DNA from: a virus
Lineage: Duplodnaviria; Caudoviricetes
Direction: 5' to 3' (one strand)
IMG/VR virus record: IMGVR_UViG_3300009027_000005
Span: 1,045-65,044 of that record
Length of the DNA: 64,000 nt
Positions 19,401 through 28,866 of the stretch are shown piece by piece (positions within the stretch are counted from its first letter, which is position 1; the number at the start of each line of letters is the position of its first letter). Both the position numbers and the translations under genes were made by a program. Below the pieces are notes generated by a model, which made no database searches, had not been told where the DNA came from, and saw only the letters and a list, made by a program, of their open reading frames with translations.

Positions 19401-21919
19401 GTAACTCATCTTACGGTGAATACGGTACTGTTGCAGAAGGTGTTGATGCTACAGAAACTCCAATAATTGGTACAGTGAACAACAGAGCATACGAAGCAAC
19501 TATAGGACTTGTGTTTACAGATGGTGAAGAAATATTAGGCGTTGAATACGATAACGCAGGTAATGCATATACCACTGAAAATAATACTTACACGTTTACT
19601 TCAGGTACAGGTGTAGATGTAGTAGGCGACGAAATAAGAGACGGCGGCGTGTTTGAAGTTAGAATGTTAACTTCTGGAGCAGATTATAACTTTACTGAAT
19701 CAAACGCACAAACAGGTAATACAACAAGTATTACATTGTCTGCTACAGACACAGATGGGTCACTAGATTATGTAGGTATGGCTGTTTATATTAAAAATGG
19801 TAAAGGTGCAGGACAATATGGTTACATTACATCATATGATTCTGGAACAAAAATTGCAAACGTAAGTGCGCCGTCTACAGGAAATCCAGGTTGGGACCAT
19901 GTTGTACCAGGAACAGCAATTGAGTCTAGTTTAGATCTAACTTCATTGTACACTATTGAACCAAGAGCAACATTTAGTTCACCTACATTTACTGAGACAG
20001 TAACTACACTACCGAGTAATACAACTTGGAAAAAACCAGCATTTTACGATGATACGTTTATGACAGTCGGAAGTACTAGTACAGCTACAGCAATAAGTAC
20101 AGACGGCGGCCAAACTTGGACATCAGCAACAGCAGCAACATCAAACAGAGGCGCTGTTGCAGTAGGCGACATTGGCGGAACTACTTATTGGGTAACTGTA
20201 CCATACGGACCAGGCGGATCAAGTGATGCCGGCGAATACAGTAATGACGCCGGAACAACATGGAATACTATGACATTGCCAGCATCAACCAATTGGATTG
20301 ATGTAAAATTTGGCAATGGTATATTTATGGCAATTTCAAACGGTGGCTCTGTAGCTATATCTACTAATGGAACTAGCTGGACAGCAGCTACTTCTATTAC
20401 AGGAATGTCAGGTGCTAACAATATTGCAGTAGGATATGGCGCAGGGAAGTGGGTTATAGCAAGCGCAGACACAGCAGGCGATCCTATGTATTATTCAGAT
20501 GATAATGGCACTACATGGACAGTGTGTACAACACCTGCAGGCTCATACAACGATATTGCGTTTGGTAATAATATTTGGGTTATTGTAGGAAGTTCAGGAG
20601 CACTAGCATATAGTATAGACGGTATTACATTTACAGACAATGCAAATGCTGCTGGCACAGAATCAAACTTTAGTGTAAGCTATGGACAAGGATTGTTTGT
20701 ACTTTCAAGTGTAGAAACTAGTGCTTATGAAGCATACACAAGTGAAGACGGTCTAACTTGGACACAGAGAGCACTTACTGACGACGGTGTAGACTACAAC
20801 TTTGCGTTTGGATCGCACTCTACACAAGGTCCAACTTGGGTAGGTGTAGCAGAAGGCGGAACTGGCGGATTATACTTCCCGAATATTAGAACAGCACAGG
20901 GTAGAGCACAATCAACCAGTGATGGACAACTTGCTAGGGTAAGAATTACTGAACCAGGCTCGGGTTATACAAGTGCTCCGACACTAACTATTACAGATCC
21001 TGTTAATACAGAAGACGCAACTTACACAGTAAGAATTGGAGACGGTGTACTGGCCCAACCAACATTTGTTGCAAGAGGTTCAGGATATACTACTTCTTTA
21101 GGAAGTGTCGACGGCGCCGGTTATCAAGATAAGTATCAACCAGGAAACTTTGTAAATGTTGCAGAGTTAACAGATGTTCCAGCAGCTGGTTCAAACGTTA
21201 TATTTAATGATGACGGAGTTGTTTATAAACTAGTAACTGTAACAGAATTACTAGGAGCAGGCCCGTACACAGCAAGACTTCAAATAAGTCCAGGAATACC
21301 GATAGCAGATGCACCGGAGCATAACGAATCTTTATCTATTAGAATTAGATACTCGCAGGTACGTCTAACGGGACACGATTATCTAGATATCGGAACTGGT
21401 AACTTTACAAGTACAAACTATCCAGGAAATCCTGCTGTAGCACCTGACCAAGCAGACGAAGCTATTGAAGCAGGTGGCGGCAGAGTGTTCTTTACATCAA
21501 CAGACCAAGACGGTAACTTTAGAGTTGGTGACTTGTTTAGCGTAGAACAGGCAACAGGTAGTTCAACACTAAACGCTGATGCATTTAACTTGGCAGGCCT
21601 ACAAGAGTTGCAATTAGGTTCAGTTACATTAGGAAGTTCAAACACAGCTATTAGTGAATTTAGTACAGATGGTACATTTGCAGCAGATAGCGATAATATT
21701 GTGCCAACGCAACGAGCAATCAAAACATATTTAGAAAGTCAAATTGGCGGCGGAGGCAGCTCACTAAATGTGAACAAACTCACAGCAGGTACTGTAGAAA
21801 TTTTCAGTAATGAAATCACTTCTACAGACAATGTACCAATTAACATAAATACAAAAGTAAACTTTACAAGCGGAATAGATGGAGCACCATTGGCACTCAA
21901 CTATTTCTTAACTAGATAA
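16436..21919 (+). CDS. Large tail fibre/appendage protein with CBM5/12-like repeats and BNR/Asp-box propeller
   Basis: Same repeats and core as 12054; S.DGG.TW Asp-box repeats at about 20090-20770. Confidence 0.75.
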   Translation: MAEFKLGRIKFVWKNEWDSSTTYYVDDVVRHGGKTYICVEGHTSNTNFYTDLTAVKWNLIADGQEWKGDWTGSTYYKVGDIVKWGSLVYICITGHTSQTYLEDDQAKWNTFATTSFDWKSAWTGSTYYKLGDVVKYGGTIYRANSSHTSQTLLEDDQASWDVVIQSFEYKSTWTASTYYKINDIVKYGGGLWICTTAHTSTTTLAVDEANWAQFVEGLEFEDSWDQDTRYQPGDIVTFGGYQYVSKTNNLNAKPTASASDWDLFSTGFNFVGEWGDDSTNQDYRVGDVVTVGGYTYLCIQEHEGAAQKPGDTANYANWSNYWERLNPGVIWKGTWTDATVYVLGDAVKYGDNSYVAVTTHTSDETITQNRPDQDTDGSEWNLLAAGASSSTLTTDGDLVYYGGAGPTRLPIGNEGDVLVIKNNNLTWDRWGDLNNVYYVAPDGEDEISYGYTPDRPFKTVRYATEQIQKGIVRPNASRLIEVNKAFIMEETAEWVAAQIVAGTGIWSGFTNDDEYLTNIEFGKVIDAILYDINHGGNEKTRTKTLSYFESSALVADMADENDQFVAALEYMETVIDAVISNLAPAATYSSFTQTTDTNYVEETDAQSTIENLIDIITDALTVETDSNVPTKIEPQNSLMVKTGIYKEVLPIIVPKNTAVIGDELRSTRIEPAGALVSITDTPYSLAGILNLESNLNALLSGDNDGDPLSDGLSSFSAESVDSTLTVADSTVALEAAELARQIHDYIDFGVNGATGDSTTPIITGSNTENTTIEYTYAVEIIEKNRTYLVEEVIGYIAATYPSYTYNAAKCRRDVNRYIDAIKHDLIYTGNYKSLLAARYYVNAVNNSLQEDMFYMRNGTGLRNCTLQGLTGTLGSANSYGTKRPSAGAFTSLDPGWGPAHQDAWISNKSPYVQNVTNFGTACVGLKVDGDLHNGGNDSIVANDYTQIISDGIGCWVTNLGRSELVSVFSYYGHIGYLAENGGKIRATNGNSSYGEYGTVAEGVDATETPIIGTVNNRAYEATIGLVFTDGEEILGVEYDNAGNAYTTENNTYTFTSGTGVDVVGDEIRDGGVFEVRMLTSGADYNFTESNAQTGNTTSITLSATDTDGSLDYVGMAVYIKNGKGAGQYGYITSYDSGTKIANVSAPSTGNPGWDHVVPGTAIESSLDLTSLYTIEPRATFSSPTFTETVTTLPSNTTWKKPAFYDDTFMTVGSTSTATAISTDGGQTWTSATAATSNRGAVAVGDIGGTTYWVTVPYGPGGSSDAGEYSNDAGTTWNTMTLPASTNWIDVKFGNGIFMAISNGGSVAISTNGTSWTAATSITGMSGANNIAVGYGAGKWVIASADTAGDPMYYSDDNGTTWTVCTTPAGSYNDIAFGNNIWVIVGSSGALAYSIDGITFTDNANAAGTESNFSVSYGQGLFVLSSVETSAYEAYTSEDGLTWTQRALTDDGVDYNFAFGSHSTQGPTWVGVAEGGTGGLYFPNIRTAQGRAQSTSDGQLARVRITEPGSGYTSAPTLTITDPVNTEDATYTVRIGDGVLAQPTFVARGSGYTTSLGSVDGAGYQDKYQPGNFVNVAELTDVPAAGSNVIFNDDGVVYKLVTVTELLGAGPYTARLQISPGIPIADAPEHNESLSIRIRYSQVRLTGHDYLDIGTGNFTSTNYPGNPAVAPDQADEAIEAGGGRVFFTSTDQDGNFRVGDLFSVEQATGSSTLNADAFNLAGLQELQLGSVTLGSSNTAISEFSTDGTFAADSDNIVPTQRAIKTYLESQIGGGGSSLNVNKLTAGTVEIFSNEITSTDNVPININTKVNFTSGIDGAPLALNYFLTR

Positions 21920-21932
21920 CGGAGAAAATAAA

Positions 21933-22253
21933 ATGGCAACAGGCAGATTAGGAACACCAGCAGACTTATCAGCTACTACGCTTACTACTATTTACACGGT
22001 TCCTACTAGTACTTTTGCAGTAGTTAGTATTAACCTTGTAAACAGAAATGCAACATCAATTGATGCAAGAATCGCATTAGCAGCAACTGACACACCAGAC
22101 AATAGCGAATGGATAGAATACGATGTTACTATTCCTGCTAACGCAGTTCTAGAAAGAACAGGATTAGTATTAGCAGCATCGCAAAAACTAGTAGTATATT
22201 CAAGTGCGGCTAGTGTAAGCGCAGTAGCATACGGAATAGAAACACCAGCTTAA
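21933..22253 (+). CDS. Small fibre adaptor protein (paralog 3)
   Basis: YTVP...SINLVNR...IEYDVTIPANAVLERTGLVL...YGIE. Confidence 0.65.
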   Translation: MATGRLGTPADLSATTLTTIYTVPTSTFAVVSINLVNRNATSIDARIALAATDTPDNSEWIEYDVTIPANAVLERTGLVLAASQKLVVYSSAASVSAVAYGIETPA

Positions 22254-22270
22254 TGTTTAGGAGTTAAAAT

Positions 22271-23839
22271 ATGGGACGTTTTGTACCAGTAAATTTAGAT
22301 ATCACAATTGCCGAAAAAACTCCTCCTAAACATCCAGGAGGTAGAGTTTACTATGACGGTAAACAGTGTTGGCAATATAAAGTAGTATACGATAAACCAG
22401 GAGCCTACACATGGACTGCCCCGGCAAACGCAATTTGTGCTAGAAGTGTGCTGGTCGGCGGCGGAGGCAAGCCTAAATGTACAACGTCAGGATGTTGTTC
22501 ATGGGGCGGCTCAGGAGGCGCCTATTCAGAAAAATGTATGGCTTTGGGTGCAGGAACAGAAATGTGCATTGTTGTAGGCGCACAGGAGCAAGACACTACA
22601 TTATCGTGTGAAGGAACTCCTGTACACACAGCAGGCGGCGCAGCAGGATGTACTCCGGGAGTTGCCTCAGGCGGCGACTGGGATTCAAATGGAGGGCAAG
22701 CAGGTTGGACATGTAATCATTGCGGTGGTTCTCTCAGTCACCATTGCGGTAGCTGTATATGTTTTGAACAAGGTACATGCTGTGGATATTGTGTAGTTTA
22801 TGCTTACAAACCCAGCCAGACAGGTAGTACCACCTGTTGTAACTTAAATTTAGTAGGCGGTGCCAGTGCTGGATCACCTAAAAACTTGTGCGGTGGTAGA
22901 AGCCAAACTACATGCGGCAAGTGTCATAGTGGCGTTATCGGTGGTGGCGGTGGCATAGGTACACAATGTTGCCAGCAAGTATGGCATTATCCTTGCTGTA
23001 GTTGTATATGCACCTGTAATTGTACTGGCTGGCACTATGCTACGCAGTATCCTATGTCAGTAGCAGGAGGCGGAGGCTCTGCAGGATCTTTATCAAAGAG
23101 AGGCTGTCGTAGCTGGGAAGGCGAATGTATGGGAGGTCTTTACCAAACTGGCGCAGGAGGAAAAGGTGGCCCAGAAGAAGGCGAACCTTATGGTTTTGAA
23201 GTAGAATTTGGAATGCACAATATCTGTGCTTTCCCATACGGTGGCGGCTATGGTATGCCTGAAGTATGTATTAGAACTCCTGGTAGTCCAGCATGCAAAG
23301 TTGATTGGTGGGATATATCAGATATTTGTGGTACTGGTTCACCGGGTGCACCAGGAGAACTTATAGAACAAGGTAATTGCCAATGCAGATATGGCCTTGC
23401 AGTAGGTCAAAGACCAGATAACGCAGGCGAAGGTGCAGGCACGGGCGGCACAGGATCATACTGTTGCGACCCAGGACAGTCTGGACAAATGTGGGGAGCA
23501 AATTATCCTGTTAACTGGTGTTTAGTATGCTGCCTAGGAACCTTAGGATGGGAAGATCAAGCTTGGAAAATGATAGATCATATAGTACCAATGCACTTGA
23601 CTTGTGCAGGAACACTAGGTGGATCCGGTGCCATGGGATATTGTAGATATTCATCAAAAGCAGGCAAAGGCGGCGGCGGCGGACAAGGAAAATGCCATAT
23701 TCTTTGTGTGTGTCACGGCGGAAGTTATGATAACTGTAATGGAACTGGGCCTGCTTTAGCATTTCCTCCTTGTTTATTAGATCAGTTAACTAGCAATGCA
23801 GGAACAGGCATGGCAATAATATATTATAAGGAGGCTTAA
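22271..23839 (+). CDS. Cys/Gly-rich putative receptor-binding tip protein A
   Basis: YTWTAP...VGGGG start and G.GMAIIY end of a phage glycine-rich domain; about 50 Cys in 522 aa by hand count. Confidence 0.6.
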   Translation: MGRFVPVNLDITIAEKTPPKHPGGRVYYDGKQCWQYKVVYDKPGAYTWTAPANAICARSVLVGGGGKPKCTTSGCCSWGGSGGAYSEKCMALGAGTEMCIVVGAQEQDTTLSCEGTPVHTAGGAAGCTPGVASGGDWDSNGGQAGWTCNHCGGSLSHHCGSCICFEQGTCCGYCVVYAYKPSQTGSTTCCNLNLVGGASAGSPKNLCGGRSQTTCGKCHSGVIGGGGGIGTQCCQQVWHYPCCSCICTCNCTGWHYATQYPMSVAGGGGSAGSLSKRGCRSWEGECMGGLYQTGAGGKGGPEEGEPYGFEVEFGMHNICAFPYGGGYGMPEVCIRTPGSPACKVDWWDISDICGTGSPGAPGELIEQGNCQCRYGLAVGQRPDNAGEGAGTGGTGSYCCDPGQSGQMWGANYPVNWCLVCCLGTLGWEDQAWKMIDHIVPMHLTCAGTLGGSGAMGYCRYSSKAGKGGGGGQGKCHILCVCHGGSYDNCNGTGPALAFPPCLLDQLTSNAGTGMAIIYYKEA

Positions 23840-23843
23840 TTAA

Positions 23844-25484
23844 ATGGGTCGTTATGTAAGCTCAGGTGAAGCACAAGCAAATTTAGTAAGTACTATCGAA
23901 GCTTCAGAATGTTATCAAGTGCCTACTCACAAATATGCATATGATGCTAATGAAACTTGGCAAAATAAAGTAACTATAGATACACCAGGAAACTATACAT
24001 TTACGGTACCTAGTGGTGTAACTTGTATGAGAACTATTGCTGTCGGCGGAGGAGGCAAAAGTTATTGCACTCAAACGTGTTGCGGTTATGCAGGCGCCGG
24101 CGGCGCATATGCAGAAAAATGGGATACTGTACAAGGCGGATGCACAGTAACAGTTGTTGTAGGTAAACAACAACAAGATACTACAATATCATATACTAAC
24201 TCCGGAGGTTCTGCTATTAACATGACTGCAGGCGGCGCTATTGGATGTACTTATGGTACTGCTAGTGGCGGTGACATAAACAGTTGCGGTGGCTGTGCAG
24301 GAAAAAACTGTTCGTGCTGCGGAGGTTCTTATAGTCACTACTGTGGATCATGCATTTATACATATTCAACCACTTGCTGCGGTTACTGTGTTGTTTGGTC
24401 GGGCATAAGTGCTAGACAACTTGATCCAAATCATAATACTAATGGATGTTGTGTATCAAGATATTCAGGCGGCGGTTCGGCAGGTTCTTGGCTATGGTGT
24501 CACGGAGGCGCCGGTCAAAGTGCTGCTAATTGTTTTTGTAGCTCCGGCTGCGGCCCAACAGGCGGTGGCGGTGGCGGCATCGGCTACATCTGTAGACAAG
24601 AAGTACATCCGTGGAGATGCGACTGTATATGCATGAAAAGAGGATACAACGGTCAGTGCTACGGCAAAACACTAAAAAATGCATATCACCCTCCTAGTGT
24701 AGGCGGCGGAGGCGGATCCAAATTCCAGTGCTGGACCTGTTGTGAAGGATCTAGTATAATTGGTTTTTGTATGGCCGGACGTAGAAGAAACGGGCACGGC
24801 GGCCTAGGCGGAGAAAGCAACAATGAAGGACGCGGTCACGAATTTATTTGGGGATTTGGCTCATCACCAAACGAACATGGAACTAGCTTTTATACTGAAA
24901 TAGAAAAAGGTCCATCACCTAAAAAGTATCATTGGCATGACATACACGATATGCGAGGAAGCGGCTCATCAGGCAGAAGTTTCCAAAGATATTGCCACGC
25001 AAACGGCGGTAGTTGGGTAGGGGCTATCAATGATGGCACTCCAGATAACGCAGGCGAAGGTGCAGGCACAGGTGCAGTAGTCTATCACTGCTGCTCAATT
25101 GATACTACATATGGCGAATGCTGTTTGAACGGTGCTAATGCATGCGGTACATTAAATTGGGAATTAATTTGTTGTTTAGGAACAATGAACAAAATTTGCT
25201 GTGCAGATCAAATGATGGATATGATACAACCTTATGTTCTTGCATGCGCAGGCACACTAGGAGGCGCAGGCGGAACAGGTATTTGCCATTATACTCAAAA
25301 AGCAGGCAAAGGCGGCGGAGCCGGGGTAAGTAGAAGTGCTATACTATGTATTTGTTATGGCGGAAGTTATGACAATTGTAATGGCGGCGCGACACCGTTG
25401 GCATTTCCGCCAGAAGAACTAGACTGGCGTGTAAGTAATGCTGGCACAGGTATGGCAATTATATATTGGAAAGACGCTGATTAA
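23844..25484 (+). CDS. Cys/Gly-rich putative receptor-binding tip protein B (paralog of A)
   Basis: YTFTVPSGVT...VGGGG; shares PDNAGEGAGTG, CAGTLGG and SNAGTGMAIIY with A; about 47 Cys in 546 aa. Confidence 0.6.
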   Translation: MGRYVSSGEAQANLVSTIEASECYQVPTHKYAYDANETWQNKVTIDTPGNYTFTVPSGVTCMRTIAVGGGGKSYCTQTCCGYAGAGGAYAEKWDTVQGGCTVTVVVGKQQQDTTISYTNSGGSAINMTAGGAIGCTYGTASGGDINSCGGCAGKNCSCCGGSYSHYCGSCIYTYSTTCCGYCVVWSGISARQLDPNHNTNGCCVSRYSGGGSAGSWLWCHGGAGQSAANCFCSSGCGPTGGGGGGIGYICRQEVHPWRCDCICMKRGYNGQCYGKTLKNAYHPPSVGGGGGSKFQCWTCCEGSSIIGFCMAGRRRNGHGGLGGESNNEGRGHEFIWGFGSSPNEHGTSFYTEIEKGPSPKKYHWHDIHDMRGSGSSGRSFQRYCHANGGSWVGAINDGTPDNAGEGAGTGAVVYHCCSIDTTYGECCLNGANACGTLNWELICCLGTMNKICCADQMMDMIQPYVLACAGTLGGAGGTGICHYTQKAGKGGGAGVSRSAILCICYGGSYDNCNGGATPLAFPPEELDWRVSNAGTGMAIIYWKDAD

Positions 25485-25504
25485 TTTCAAGGAGAAAATA
25501 AAAA

Positions 25505-26011
25505 ATGACATGGGCTAAAATAGTAGACGACGAAGTTGTACAAATATTTGAAGGTGATCCTAGAAATCATTGGCACCCAGATGCTCTAGTGTATTGGGAA
25601 GATGTACCAGATGATATAGGAATAGCCATCGGTTGGCATAGAAGAGAAGACGGAACATGGGCTGACGCTGAAACTTGGCAAGCAGAAGATCCTTTGCTAA
25701 ATATGGCAGTAGATCCAGGACCTCCGTCTTGTAATCTTAGGTATGCTATAGATGATGATCCAGTAAACAACACTGTTATAATTACTGCAACAGCAGAAAT
25801 TGCCGGCGATTATGACGAAGATAATCCAGAACATGTACCTTCGTGGTCGTGGAATGATGGAGATGATACATCAAATGAATGGGAAGTAACTATAACAGTT
25901 ACTAAAGATCCAGATGCTATTACACAGCATACGTTTTCATGTAGTGTAGTAGGCACAGGTGGTACAAGCGAAACTGAAGAAGTTACAGTAAACATACCTA
26001 GATCTGCTTAA
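25505..26011 (+). CDS. Acidic protein, fibre-assembly-like N-terminus plus PKD/Ig-like C-terminus
   Basis: MTWAKIVDDEV...IGW...DGTW start typical of genes following fibre tips; SWSWNDG...V.G.GG Ig-like end. Confidence 0.45.
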   Translation: MTWAKIVDDEVVQIFEGDPRNHWHPDALVYWEDVPDDIGIAIGWHRREDGTWADAETWQAEDPLLNMAVDPGPPSCNLRYAIDDDPVNNTVIITATAEIAGDYDEDNPEHVPSWSWNDGDDTSNEWEVTITVTKDPDAITQHTFSCSVVGTGGTSETEEVTVNIPRSA

Positions 26012-26039
26012 TTAAAATAAAAATGTAGAGTAAAGTTTT

Positions 26040-26648
26040 TTACTCTACATTTATTTTACAATTCTTATAAATTTTATTTAAAGTATAAAAGTCATCAATC
26101 TTTTGATTGCAAGCAATTTCCATATTTATTGCTATTCTATTAAATTGACTGTTGTGTGGTAAAGGTTCATGGGGCATCCATGAGGGCATAATAACCAAAT
26201 CTAATTCTTCTGGTATAAAAACTTGATCTAAGTGATCTTTTGTAATAACTCGCAATCCACAACTATTTTCCATTTTGTCAATCGGTACTTGTAAATAAAA
26301 AACACTGTTTATACTACTTGTTCTAAGATGATGATGTAGATTACTTCTATAAGTATTTTTATTATAAACATTTGCCCAACAAATTGTTCTGTTGTATATA
26401 GAAATGTCTAAATTTTCGAATACAGTATTACATATATGTTTAAAAGTATTATATAGTATAGAAAATTCTTGATCAGATTCTTCTACTACAAAAGTATATC
26501 CTCCATTATAATCGCCTGTTTCTATTTGAGATTCAACAGTTGCAATCATTTGCTGTTGTAAAGAGTGATCGATAGATAATGTTGTATATAAAAAATAAGG
26601 ATTATTAATATTATAATTAATACCGTTATTTTTGTAAAAATTTTCCAT
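26040..26648 (-). CDS. TIGR02466-like putative 2OG-Fe(II) oxygenase
   Basis: WANV...HHH...SVFYL...PSWMPHEP...RIAINM. Confidence 0.7.
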   Translation of the reverse strand: MENFYKNNGINYNINNPYFLYTTLSIDHSLQQQMIATVESQIETGDYNGGYTFVVEESDQEFSILYNTFKHICNTVFENLDISIYNRTICWANVYNKNTYRSNLHHHLRTSSINSVFYLQVPIDKMENSCGLRVITKDHLDQVFIPEELDLVIMPSWMPHEPLPHNSQFNRIAINMEIACNQKIDDFYTLNKIYKNCKINVE

Positions 26649-27288
26649 CTGGATCAGGTATTCCTGTTGTAATAATGTTAAAACTTATTATAATTCTGTC
26701 TTCGTCAATTTGGTTAGGCAATGTTTCGTGCTTCATATAACTAGGCCACAACAACAACATACCGTCTGTTGGTTCTACAGTATGCATAGCATTGCCTCTA
26801 TATAGAGTTTGTTCTGGCTCGTTTGATAGTGCATATTCTTTTGGATCAGTAAAAATTATATTTCCGCAATTTTTGTGTGTTTTCACGTAGTAAACTCCAC
26901 TCCAATGACACGGACGATGATCGTGCAAAGGTACCCATGCACCTTTAGGATAAACAGCAGCCCATGCATTTAAAAAATACCATTGTTGGCGATAGTGTAA
27001 CTGACTAAAAAACTCATTCACTAATGGAGACAAATGATCAAAGAAAAAATTAAATCTATCGTCACCCACAAGTCCGTTATTATCCAACGGGTCAAAATTT
27101 GAATAACCCAATTCTTCTCTTTGAGTTGAAAACTTATATTCATTCCATTTATGGCTAAGAACTCTCCGATTTACGCCCGAGTCAAACAGCTCTGTTATTT
27201 CTTTAATTAATTTTTTATTTAAACTATCATAGTTGTCTACTGTTGCTTCTAAAGTAGGAACAGGAAAAAGTTGTCTTATAACTTTCAT
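26626..27288 (-). CDS. TIGR02466-like putative 2OG-Fe(II) oxygenase
   Basis: HDH..CHWSGVYYV...WPSYMKHET...RIIISFN. Confidence 0.8.
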   Translation of the reverse strand: MKVIRQLFPVPTLEATVDNYDSLNKKLIKEITELFDSGVNRRVLSHKWNEYKFSTQREELGYSNFDPLDNNGLVGDDRFNFFFDHLSPLVNEFFSQLHYRQQWYFLNAWAAVYPKGAWVPLHDHRPCHWSGVYYVKTHKNCGNIIFTDPKEYALSNEPEQTLYRGNAMHTVEPTDGMLLLWPSYMKHETLPNQIDEDRIIISFNIITTGIPDPDGKFLQK

Positions 27289-27290
27289 TT

Positions 27291-27806
27291 TTATCTCCAG
27301 CTAGGGCCTAAACAAAACCCGAAAATTACGTATCTTGTGCCTGATGTTACTGTACTAACACTATGTGGAATAAAAGAAGGAAATACAACAATATCGCCGG
27401 TGCCAATATTTAAATTAACGCCCGACATGGATATTTCTCCGCCTTCATAGTCGTTATTTAATAATAAAGAAAATGACAGTTTTCTCTGCATATCGTTTTC
27501 GTCTACTAGAGGTCTAGAATCTATATGTTCTTTATTATAATGATGAAATGTTTCATACTTACCAAAGTATGCTTCTATCTTTGTAGATAAATCAAAATTA
27601 AAAAAATAATTATTTGCTTCAAAAACTGCATTAATTATTTCCTTATGATTGTTTAAATTTACACTTGTAATTTTTACTTTTCGGTAAGTCGAATCAGTTC
27701 CTTGATTAATTTCTTCTAAACGCTTGTCATCATATAATTTAATAATTTCATTGCATTCTGATGTTGTACATAAGTTAACACTTTTATAAGTAAATTGATT
27801 AAACAA
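27291..27806 (-). CDS. PKHD/prolyl-hydroxylase-like 2OG-Fe(II) oxygenase
   Basis: HID...RKLSFSLLLNNDYEGGE...FPSFIPHSV..V..GTRY; TTG start behind AAGGA. Confidence 0.8.
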   Translation of the reverse strand: MFNQFTYKSVNLCTTSECNEIIKLYDDKRLEEINQGTDSTYRKVKITSVNLNNHKEIINAVFEANNYFFNFDLSTKIEAYFGKYETFHHYNKEHIDSRPLVDENDMQRKLSFSLLLNNDYEGGEISMSGVNLNIGTGDIVVFPSFIPHSVSTVTSGTRYVIFGFCLGPSWR

Positions 27807-27900
27807 CGATTTATCCTTTTGTTACACTTAATTATACTTTAAAAGTAAGCAGCCATTAATTTATGAGTTGCCACTTTTAAATTTGTATAAACAGTTGCTC

Positions 27901-27908
27901 TATAAATA
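27901..27908 (+). promoter_or_regulatory. T4-type late promoter
   Basis: Exact TATAAATA 28 nt upstream of the GT9-like gene. Confidence 0.7.
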
Positions 27909-27936
27909 TCTTGTACAAACAATATAGGATCTTTTC

Positions 27937-28860
27937 ATGAAAAAAGTAGTTTTTATCAACGGTGGCGCTGGTCGAGTTATTTCTAGTATTCCTGCACTAG
28001 AAGAATTAAATGAAAGAAATGAACTAGCAGGAATAGTGTGCGAAGGCGGAATGGAATTTTACTTAGGTCACCCTACACTGCAAGACAAAGCATTTGATGT
28101 AAATCAAAAAGGATTGTTTGATAGTATTATTAAAGATAATTTATGCGTCAGTCCAGAACCATATAGGGATCACGAATATTATAACGTGAATTCTAGTTTA
28201 CAACAAAGTTTTTGGTATCAAATTTTAGATGAACGTACTAATGATAATAAAGTTCCTACTATTAAATTAAATAAGCACGAAGAAATGGCAGCTGTTGATA
28301 TACTTACACAAGTAAAACAACAACAAAATAAAGATAAAACTATTGTTATACAGCCGTTTGGCAGAAGCAGTCAAATGGGCGCAGGTATAGTATATGACGG
28401 TAGTACAAGAAGTATAGAACAAAATACCTTTATAGAACTTGTGGCAGATTTGTCTAAAGATTATAATATCATCTATATGGGAGAACACGCATTGAATGTT
28501 GTAAATCTTCCAATTTTCCAACCTAATGAACCTATTCCGTTACGAATTTGGGCTGCAATTATTGAGTCTAGCGACTATTTTATTGGGTGCGATAGTGTAG
28601 GACAGCATATTGCATATGCATTCCAAAAACCAGGAACAGTTGTGCTAGGAAGTACTTTTGCAAAAAATGTAACCTATCCTGAATATTTTAATATAATAGA
28701 AAAAGAAGACGCAGCTAAAACTTACAGTCCAATTAGAATAGCAGGTTTTGGTTGTGAGGAGGCTGACAGACTAAATGATGCACTCATGGATTTCAGTGCA
28801 GACGAAATTAAAGCAATGATCAAAAATATTAGAGATCATATCAAGAAAACTACGGAGTAA
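27937..28860 (+). CDS. GT9-like (ADP-heptose-type) glycosyltransferase
   Basis: N-terminal GGAGRVI; C-terminal FIGCDSVGQHIAYAFQKPGTVVLGST matches the GT9 xxDSGxxHxAxAxxxP pattern. Confidence 0.65.
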   Translation: MKKVVFINGGAGRVISSIPALEELNERNELAGIVCEGGMEFYLGHPTLQDKAFDVNQKGLFDSIIKDNLCVSPEPYRDHEYYNVNSSLQQSFWYQILDERTNDNKVPTIKLNKHEEMAAVDILTQVKQQQNKDKTIVIQPFGRSSQMGAGIVYDGSTRSIEQNTFIELVADLSKDYNIIYMGEHALNVVNLPIFQPNEPIPLRIWAAIIESSDYFIGCDSVGQHIAYAFQKPGTVVLGSTFAKNVTYPEYFNIIEKEDAAKTYSPIRIAGFGCEEADRLNDALMDFSADEIKAMIKNIRDHIKKTTE

Positions 28861-28866
28861 AAATAT

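Noticed and set aside
22271-25484. Diversity-generating retroelement or selenoprotein recoding in the Cys-rich genes
   Set aside because: No reverse transcriptase, no adenine-specific TR/VR pair and no in-frame TGA seen
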